NCBI GenBank assembly: GCA_024626585.2
Contig: JANKJI020000002.1
Coordinates: forward strand, 50,439,176 to 50,456,173
DNA length: 16,998 bases
Source: Ginkgo biloba
Taxonomy: Eukaryota; Plantae; Ginkgophyta
Reading direction: 5' to 3'
Shown piece after piece: positions 1 through 8,346 of this stretch. Every line of letters begins with the position of its first letter. The first letter of the stretch is position 1. The notes beneath the pieces are model-generated. The model was given only the letters and a program-made list of their open reading frames with translations. It ran no database searches and was not told the DNA's origin. A program made the translations under genes and the position numbers.

Positions 1-12
1 TTTCTCTCTGGG

Positions 13-462
13 TTGATCCATAGGGGGGTTCATGACAAGTTTGGATTCACTAAGGGAAGCAATTTTTAACTTCTCTTTATCAGTTCCTAGTATCTCCACT
101 TCCCTTATTTTCTCATGGAATTAGGTCATATAGGGAAGAGACATATCACCCAAGGAGTCTTGGGCCTTTTCTATCACCATGGTCTCTAACATATTCTCAA
201 TTATGTCTATCTATAAAGGAGAAGGATTTATCTAAATATCGATAACTATGGCCCCTTTATTAGTTATTGATCTCATGAGCCAAGGACATTAGGAAGTTGA
301 TCAATGAAATAAGTTATTGGATATCTTATTGTGAAGATATTATAAATTATAGTATGTCTTTAGGGGGGTACTTTGGCCCTATCAATTATGCCTCGATCTT
401 ATTATACCAATTGAATGGTATTCAACTACTCATAAAAATGGGTTTCCCTTTCTGTTAAAGCC
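13..462. repeat. Diverged direct repeat, copy A (TE-derived; pairs with 1955-2426)
   Basis: Shared anchors in the same order: TTGATCCATA, TTCACTAAGGGAAG, ATCTCCACTTCC, ATGGTCTCTAA, AACTATGGCCCCTT, TGAGCCAAGGACATTAGG, TTATAAATTATA, TGTTAAAGCC. Confidence 0.85.
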
Positions 463-1954
463 TATAATCCTAATGAGTTTATATCTTTTCTATTCTGGCA
501 TAATATCACCCCCTTACTTTTCCATTTCTCTACATTTATAACTCTTGAGAGCTTTTGATAACCCTCCTCCAAGGTTGTTTTATTCATAATAAGATTCTTA
601 TGCAACTCCACTAACCTTGCAAATTGGGACCTTATTAATTATTATTCTTTTGACATATTGTCAATCCTACATATTACTTTCCCTTTGAATTTTCCCACAT
701 TATCTCTTACTAAGGACAACTACTCTTGTAAAGTGGTTACAAGTTGAACTAGGAAGGCCTTCAATCTTTAAATCTCATCAATGTTATTAGAGATTTTCTA
801 ATCCTTTTGTTCTTCCTCAAGGTTCATCTCATATATGAAGTTCTCCTTCTCTTATAGTTATCTCTCTATGGCTCTATTTTCCCCTTTGAGTTTAGAAACT
901 TCTACTTCTAAATGAGCTAACTTAGTTTCCACATTTGGATGAAGTGGCAGTGATTCTTTCACCATTAATACCTTATGTATTAAAAAATATATATGAGGAT
1001 GGAGGTCATATTGAATTTCCATAGCCAAGGTGGATTTCTCCTCTAATGGCAAGGTGTCTAGGATGTTGATCTCATGCAATAACAAAGTAATTTCTCTTCA
1101 TAGAGCCTCATTCCTTTTCGACCTGGCTATATTGAAAGATCAAATCAAGATCTATATCATACACTTTTTTAGTTAAAAATTTTGTTGTACTAGTGATCAA
1201 TATACCAGTCTCTTTGGTAGTCAAGGAATCNNNNNNNNNNNNNNNNNNNNNNNNNNNNNNNNNNNNNNNNNNNNNNNNNNNNNNNNNNNNNNNNNNNNNN
1301 NNNNNNNNNNNNNNNNNNNNNNNNNNNNNNAGACACTCAAATAATTTTGGAACCCTTTAGAATTTGTTCTTAGTGGTTCTTATAGTCTTTCACTCAAAAG
1401 TGTTGGGGTAACCATTGGTAACCACTTCTTGTCTCTTCCAATAATTGGTTTTAATGCAAGCACTTCTTGAGGGATCTCATTATGATTATAATAACCATTC
1501 TTGGAGGTTATCACCTAATACGTATCCTAGTAGGGGAACCAAGAGGAGTGGATTTCCTTTTACTTCTCTTTCCCTTCTAGGTTGATGGTGATATGGANNN
1601 NNNNNNNNNNNNNNNNNNNNNNNNNNNNNNNNNNNNNNNNNNNNNNNNNNNNNNNNNNNNNNNNNNNNNNNACAAAAGGGAATATGCTAGATCTATTGGA
1701 ACTAGATGGGATTATACCAAAGGTATTGAGGAGGGGAGGATGTCCTATACTTTTGGATATCCCTATGGATCCATTATGTGAATATCTATAGGATTCATTG
1801 ATGGTTCTATTAATTCTATCACATGATCAGTATGGCTTGGACACATGAGGGAAGATAATTCTTTTATATGGGTGGCATCAAAGCAATATGATAATTCATT
1901 ATTTGGTCTTTCCTATGCCTCCTCCTTGGCTATCCCAAGAAATTACTCCTCAAT

Positions 1955-2426
1955 TTGATCCATAAGGGGAGCCAACCCAAATTATCTTCACTAAGGGAAG
2001 AAATTTCTAACTAATCTTTATTATTTCTTAGAATCTCCACTTCCTTGGTTAGCTCAGGAAATTAACTCACTAAGGGGAGGTGTATCACCTAGGGGGGCTT
2101 GGTCCTTTTCTATTGTTATGGTCTCTAATGTCTTACCACCTATTTATATTCCTATAGGAGTAGGACCTATTTGAATATTGACAACTATGGCCCCTTCATC
2201 AACTATATGATCTAGATTCATTTTAATTTGATTCATTTCTTGAGCCAAGGACATTAGGGAGATGATTAGTCAAATAATCTCTCGAATATATAATTATGAA
2301 GATCTTATAAATTATAATTTGTCTTTAAGAATGGATTAAACCCTTTTGATTAGGCCTTAATCTTATTTTACCATTTTAATGGTCTTCAAATGCTCACCAA
2401 AATAGGATTTCCTTTATGTTAAAGCC
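1955..2426. repeat. Diverged direct repeat, copy B (pairs with 13-462; ends at a gap)
   Basis: Same anchors as copy A, with about 20 extra bases near 2212-2240. Confidence 0.85.
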
Positions 2427-3177
2427 NNNNNNNNNNNNNNNNNNNNNNNNNNNNNNNNNNNNNNNNNNNNNNNNNNNNNNNNNNNNNNNNNNNNNNNNNN
2501 NNNNNNNNNNNNNNNNNNNNNNNNNNACTTCTTCTAGTAGGTCCATCCCCTTGATGGAGTGGATAGATGATCCAACCCATGAGCCCCGTCCCTTTGTCTT
2601 GATTTATTATGGTGTCAGCTAAAATATTATAGGATCTAAAAGGAGGTTGTTGAGGAGGAAGGAACATAAAGATACATCACCATCAATAGAATATCTTCCT
2701 CAAATCATTCAGACCCTCTAAAGGAGTATTACATATCAAGGACATGCGGGGCATATCCCTATCTTCTAAACTCTTAAGATAGTCTTTTGGAATAAAAACT
2801 TAGAGACTATAAAATTATCACAACCTTTTGTAGTTTAAACCCATGCATGCACCTACCTTAAAGGGGCATATATATCTTGATGAGGTAATCTATTGTTATA
2901 ACTTCTTCTCCATAATTGTACTCTACTATAAACCATAAGAATATCATATGTAATATACATATCACCTATAATACTTCATAATTAGATGAAAGTTATTATA
3001 ATTGGTCTTTTATATAATTAAGAAATTCATTTCATGGTATTTATATAGTGCCACTTTTCAAGACTATCTTTTTAAGAATATAACATTAAAACAACATATC
3101 TAGGGCAAAATTGTCCGGCAGTACCCTTTTAAGGGGTCAATAAATTTCACTCTCACTTTTATATTTTACATCAATTA

Positions 3178-3650
3178 ACTCACTTTTTCCATTGGCATTT
3201 TTAACAGACTTAATGAATTCATCACTTTTATCAAATAAAATATCCCTACTTATTATAATCTTAGGCTTGAAAGGATTCTAGAGCTTATAAGCCTCAGAAT
3301 ATTCCCTATACCTAATAATAATAAACAATTTAACAATTNNNNNNNNNNNNNNNAACAATTTTAACATCTAGTTTTCATCTTATTTCATCAACTATGTGTA
3401 CAAATTTATTACAACCAAAGACTCAAAGATTGCCAATTGTGGGCTTCCTAGCAGCCTATGCTTACTTTAGAGTCATATTGTGAACCGCCTTAGTAGGACT
3501 TCTATTTAATAAGTAGACATTTATGTTGAAAAATTCACCCCAAAAACCATTAGAGATATTTTTATGATGAAACATACACTTTTCCATTTCAATAATGGTG
3601 CTATTAATGCTTTCTAAAATACCATGTTGATGTGGAGAATAGGATGTAGT
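3178..3650 (-). mobile_element. Decayed Ty1/copia integrase remnant, second copy of 7254-7701
   Basis: TTSYSPHQHGILESINSTIIEMEKCMFHHKNISNGFWGEFFNINVYLLNRSPTKAV resembles copia integrase (PQQNG.AER.NRT+.EMAR.ML...FWAEA..TA.YL.NRSPT). Colinear with 7254-7701. Confidence 0.87.
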
Positions 3651-3921
3651 NNNNNNNNNNNNNNNNNNNNNNNNNNNNNNNNNNNNNNNNNNNNNNNNNN
3701 NNNNNNNNNNNNNNNNNNNNNNNNNNNNNNNNNNNNNNNNNNNNNNNNNNCCATATAGCATGACCAACAAGTTTTTTTTTTTTGAATAATTAATGTGTCA
3801 ATCCCTGAAATATCATTATAAATTGACATCACCCAAATATGTGGCACATCATTGACAATTACTTATTTAGCCTTAACTCAATTATCATTTTTATCTTTTA
3901 TGAATGACGTTGACGGTTTGG

Positions 3922-3939
3922 TCCCTGGCAACAATGCCA
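3922..3939 (-). mobile_element. tRNA-Asp primer binding site of an LTR retrotransposon (Athila-like gypsy), decayed
   Basis: Minus strand TGGCATTGTTGCCAGGGA matches TGGCGCCGTTGCCGGGGA (complement of the plant tRNA-Asp 3' end) at 14/18, with all four differences being transitions. It lies 5 nt after an LTR-end-like ...GTGTGTCAATA. Confidence 0.6.
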
Positions 3940-4200
3940 AAAGATATTGACACACGCATGCCGATACATGGCAGGGGAGATCCATATCAACAACCTTATT
4001 TTTAATTTTACTAAATTAATTCTATCATTATTTAACCTAGGGATGGAAGAGCATTTTCAAGGCTCATTTTATGAACTATAAAGGCCCATTCGATCAACAA
4101 CAAAGGCTCCTTTGATAAATGATACAAGTGTTGGATGTGTTACATCTTTGCAATGTAATTAAACTAAAAGTATTTTATGTAAACTAGCAGTTTGTGATAG

Positions 4201-4292
4201 GTGAATGGTAACTACAAATGATACCCGTCTATTTATCAAGTGATTGGTAACTACAAAGGATATCAGTTTGTATGTCAAGTGAATGGAAACTC
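4201..4292 (+). repeat. 39-bp tandem repeat, about 2.3 copies, inside the LTR
   Basis: Units start at 4201 (GTGAATGGTAACTACAAA), 4240 (GTGATTGGTAACTACAAA) and 4279 (GTGAATGGAAACT). Confidence 0.85.
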
Positions 4293-4408
4293 CTGTAAAT
4301 CAACTAATGGCTACAACTAATAATTAAAAAATAAAATCGATGGCAAGTTTCAAAAGTTTATGCACGTGCATAGAATGGGTGTTTTAAGGGTTGGTTGTGT
4401 TAGTGAAA

Positions 4409-4411
<3 letters not shown>

Positions 4412-4455
<44 letters not shown>
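4412..4455. repeat. (AT)22 microsatellite
   Basis: Perfect dinucleotide run, bracketed by TGAAATGCAT on both sides. Confidence 0.97.
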
Positions 4456-4460
<5 letters not shown>

Positions 4461-6449
4461 GCATTTAAAAACAAGAAAATATACATGAGAATGTATGTAA
4501 ACAGAAAGTAGTTATGCATGGCATAACTGTATGTAAAGAGATTACAGTTTTGATAATCTGTTAATGAAAACTACAGAGACAGACAGAACTCTGTAGGTAG
4601 TTTTTGTTGGTTTTTCCCGCAAGGGTTTCCAAGGTAAATCTCTATGTTATCTTTATGTGTATGCTTTCTTTTATGTGTGATTCTGAAACACCGCTCTCCT
4701 TGTGTAAAGTTCTTTAACTTTCTGTTTGGTACCAGAATTTATTGACTAATATTTTAGAATAGATTCTGTAGTTTACCAACAGCTTGAATATCATATCAAT
4801 CCTCACAGTAATACTATGCATGCATATGTCACAATAATAGGGCTTACAAGACCTCAATCAATCATTCAAGCATATAATCTAGTACCCATTCTAATATATA
4901 CAATGGCATAACCAAGACCAACAACAATTAAGGTCTAAATCTATCATATTAAGCCATTTAGAAGAGTATCACAATCACAAACATAAACATAATAATACTC
5001 ATAACTTTCTATAAGGTCTTAATACCCTAGAATTCTGCTCTTGGACAAGTACAAGCATCCTCTTCAGTCCTTTCCGCAACTCTCCCTCAACTCCAACGCA
5101 AATCTGAGCTTAGTAACCTGTAAAGATTAGCATGGTAGATCTAAAGAGGATTTGGCCTTCAAATCAGAGGGTTTGTAGGGTGTTTTCGACAAATAATTAG
5201 GACAAGAAGTTTCTGGAGGATTTGGGTTACAAGGAGCAGAAATATGGGTTCAACCAACAGTACAATCTTTCAGCAACAATTCGATCTGCAAGAACAAATG
5301 CAAACAGAGATTTAGCTACCTCCAAGAATCAGCCAAAAAAGTCATAAAACGCTGGCAAAGTAAGGACAAATTTCGGTCTCCAGAAAGGGTAGCATAAGAT
5401 AAGATTCAGTTGCTTTTTCGAGGAAAAATTAGCAAGGACAGTAGCCAAAAAATTGTTGCAAGTCATAGAAATCACAATGCAGAAAGGCGTTGAAAACGAG
5501 GAATGATGATGCCCCACTGACTAGNNNNNNNNNNNNNNNNNNNNNNNNNNNNNNNNNNNNNNNNNNNNNNNNNNNNNNNNNNNNNNNNNNNNNNNNNNNN
5601 NNNNNNNNNNNNNNNNNNNNNNNNTGATATTTTATATTAGATTCTATGGTTTAACAATAGAAAGTCAATTTGTTAAATAAAAAAGGCTATTTGTTAAATG
5701 ATAAAGTCCCACTTGACCCATAAAAACTTAATTACCCGACATGGCTCTTAACTTGTTGTTAGTTTAGGTAATTCTAGGGTAATCAGGAGGGAAACCCTTC
5801 TTGAATGGGAAAGATAATTTCCTATGCTTATGGATGTGTGGAGTGGCGAGCTTAAACATGAGTGGCTCTTCATAAAACTAATCAAAAGTTCTTCACACCA
5901 ATTTTTTCAATCCTTTAGGATGTGATCTTATGGCCTCCATGTGACCAGGGATAAAATTGAGGGTGCTAAATGAAATTAAATAAAAGTGACTTTAGGTTTA
6001 GTATGTTTTTTTTTAGGTTTTAATAGCTTCAGTATTTTTTGTAGGGATGTTGAAGCAGCCATTGAGGAGTGTGAAGGTGATATGGTTATGATGAGGGTCA
6101 ATGGGGGACACAATGGTGAGGGCAAGGAGTCCCAACCTAGAATGAGAAAGCCCAAAGTCAAGCGAGAAGGCCCAAGTGATCAATGAATAGTGAGGGGAAA
6201 GAGGAGGTGACAGGAAGTTATAGGATGGACATACAAATAGGATAAGGATAGGGGCTCAAACAAGATGGTGAACTAGGGGCCAAATGGATGCCTAGGGAGG
6301 TGAACAGGCCATATGGAAAAGATGGGGAGAGTAGGCCTGAACCAAGCAAAAATGATAATAAGTAGGGGAGGCACAAGGATATGCACAATGCAATAGGGAT
6401 GGGAAGAGGATGTGGTGACGAACGGTGTGGCATCCTGGAGCTCAAATGA

Positions 6450-7252
6450 ACGAAGAAAGAGGGGGGGGTTAGATAGTTATGAGTTCATGACTAGTGTACC
6501 CAGGGGGGTCACTTAGTTATAAAATATCAAAATATGTGTGTGATAGTCACAATAAATAATACCCCTATATAGGGTCATATTCCTATTTTGGCACCCCGTA
6601 TTAATTTTATAACCCCCTTTTATAGAATATACAATTGTATATAGAAAAAAATANNNNNNNNNNNNNNNNNNNNNNNNNNNNNNNNNNNNNNNNNNNNNNN
6701 NNNNNNNNNNNNNNNNNNNNNNNNNNNNNNNNNNNNNNNNNNNNNNNNNNNNNNNNNNNNNNNNNNNNNNNNNNNNNNNNNNNNNNNNNNNNNNNNNNNN
6801 NNNNNNNNNNNNNNNNNNNNNNNNNNNNNNNNNNNNNNNNNNNNNNNNNNNNNNNNNNNNNNNNNNNNNNNNNNNNNNNNNNNNNNNNNNNNNNNNNNNN
6901 NNNNNNNNNNNNNNNNNNNNNNNNNNNNNNNNNNNNNNNNNNNNNNNNNNNNNNNNNNNNNNNNNNNNNNNNNNNNNNNNNNNNNNNNNNNNNNNNNNNN
7001 NNNNNNNNNNNNNNNNNNNNNNNNNNNNNNNNNNNNNNNNNNNNNAACTCCTCACAAAAAAATATATTATAAGGATGAGCACACCTCCATCATAATAAAA
7101 ACTCATTACATATAATAAAAGTACCTAGGGAACACCCAGGTGAAATATTTAGTCACCATTGAGGCCCCAAAGTGAGAGCACCGAACCCAACTAGGATGCC
7201 ACGTCAACAACCACCCAAGTAACCAAGGATGGGTGGGGTTTTTACTACAACA
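6450..7252 (+). mobile_element. Possible polypurine tract plus LTR (partly hidden by a 392-N gap)
   Basis: GAAGAAAGAGGGGGGGG then GTTAGATAG at about 6452-6476, and an LTR-end-like GGGGTTTTTACTACAACA ending at 7252, exactly where the copia remnant is cut off. The 5' TG is imperfect and there is no TSD. Confidence 0.3.
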
Positions 7253-7253
7253 T

Positions 7254-8095
7254 ACTCACTTTTTCCATCGGAATTTTTAATAGACTCAATGAATTCATCA
7301 CTTTTATCAAATAAAATATCCCTACTTATTATAATATTATGCTCGAAAGAGATCTAGACCCTATACACCTTAGACGACTCATTATACCCTATAAGAATAC
7401 ACTTAACACTTTTAGCATATATTTTTTATCTTATTTCATCGAGTATGTGTAAAAATTCCTTACAACCAAAGACTTAAAGATTTCTAACTATGGGCTTCCT
7501 ACCAATCCATGCTTCTACTAGAGTCATATTGTGAACCGCCTTAGTAGGACTTATTTTTAATAAGTAGACATTTATGTTGAAAAATTAATCCCCAAAACCA
7601 TTAGAGATATTTTCATGATGCAATATATACTTTTCCATTTCAACAATGGTGATATTATTTCTTTCTAAAATACTATTCTGATGTGGAGAATAGGATGTAG
7701 TGTTCTTATATTTTTTGCAACCTAGAAGGTCCTTGGTGATGTTGCCTTGGATGAAAATATTATGTGCTATATTATCATAAAGTATCACAGATTCATCAAA
7801 GTTATCACACTTATCTCATTAAACCAACTTTTTTAATATGTAATATGTTTAGAGGCATTGGAGTCGATGACCTAAATATCATTCATTTTATTTGTTAAGT
7901 GATTTATTGTTAATACCTTAGTGATGTCCTTATAATCTTTATAAGAAGTATTAACAACATCTTTCTTCTTATTATCATCCTTTTATTTCTAGCAATTCTT
8001 TTCATGATGACCTTATTTTGAATAATAGTCATAAGAGATATGCTTCTTTTTCTTGGATGCTTTATTTTTACCTTTCTCTTATGTAGATTGCTTGT
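7254..8095 (-). mobile_element. Decayed Ty1/copia gag-pol remnant (Zn knuckle, protease, internal deletion, integrase C-half, SH3-like region)
   Basis: Minus strand reads SYDYYSK*GHHEKNC*K (CCHC knuckle relic, about 7989-8035), *VIDSNASKHIT..KSWF (protease relic, about 7822-7874), TTSYSPHQNSILERNNITIVEM (integrase), EAWIGRKP..NL*VFGC, KSVKCILIGY and IIISRDILFD. Protease-before-integrase order is diagnostic of copia. Confidence 0.88.
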
Positions 8096-8195
8096 NNNNN
8101 NNNNNNNNNNNNNNNNNNNNNNNNNNNNNNNNNNNNNNNNNNNNNNNNNNNNNNNNNNNNNNNNNNNNNNNNNNNNNNNNNNNNNNNNNNNNNNN

Positions 8196-8346
8196 ACTAT
8201 CCATCGAAAATATAGTCTTGCTCTCCCACTCGTCAACTGCACAGATTGGCTTTTCAACGACAAATCCCTCCCACAAATATCTTTCCTTGTTGCGCCGGTC
8301 TTGCACACATTCATTGTCCAAAAATGCGCGAGTTCTGCGCACAAAG
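8196..8346 (+). CDS. CCD: CCD exon 1 (5'-truncated by the gap), plastid transit peptide-like
   Basis: Frame from 8197 reads LSIENIVLLSHSSTAQIGFSTTNPSHKYLSLLRRSCTHSLSKNARVLRTK (15/50 Ser/Thr, 7 Lys/Arg, 1 acidic). It ends at AAG|GTATTA in phase 0, matching the strong polypyrimidine/CAG acceptor at 8452. Confidence 0.7.

Larger units (their letters stand above)
4129..4781 (+). mobile_element. Solo-LTR-like element (653 bp)
   Basis: Perfect inverted termini TGTTGG...CCAACA; 39-bp tandem units in the 5' part; TA-rich centre; GGTTTTTCCCGCAAGGGTTTCC in the 3' part, resembling plant LTR U5 regions from recall. No matching TSD. Confidence 0.65.

Noticed and set aside
3905-3939. tRNA-Asp gene
   Set aside because: Only the last 18 nt including CCA match and there is no cloverleaf, which fits a retrotransposon PBS rather than a tRNA gene.
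4201-4292. Regularly spaced repeats as a CRISPR-like array
   Set aside because: The inter-repeat parts are themselves similar, there are only 2-3 units, there are no cas genes and the context is a eukaryotic LTR; it is a plain tandem repeat.
5329-6445. ORFs 5329-5517, 5976-6161, 5986-6186 and 6218-6445
   Set aside because: Short and compositionally biased within purine-skewed repeat-like DNA; no domain or exon chain.
1582-7106. ORF-track entries containing long X runs (1582, 1593, 2416, 2419, 3614, 6513, 6635)
   Set aside because: They are open only because N-gaps contain no stop codons; the real residues show no recognisable protein.
8053-8095. ATG near 8057 or the 8040/8053 ORF starts as the CCD start codon
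   Set aside because: They lie left of a gap of unknown true size, inside the copia gag relic; frame continuity across 100 placeholder Ns is meaningless.
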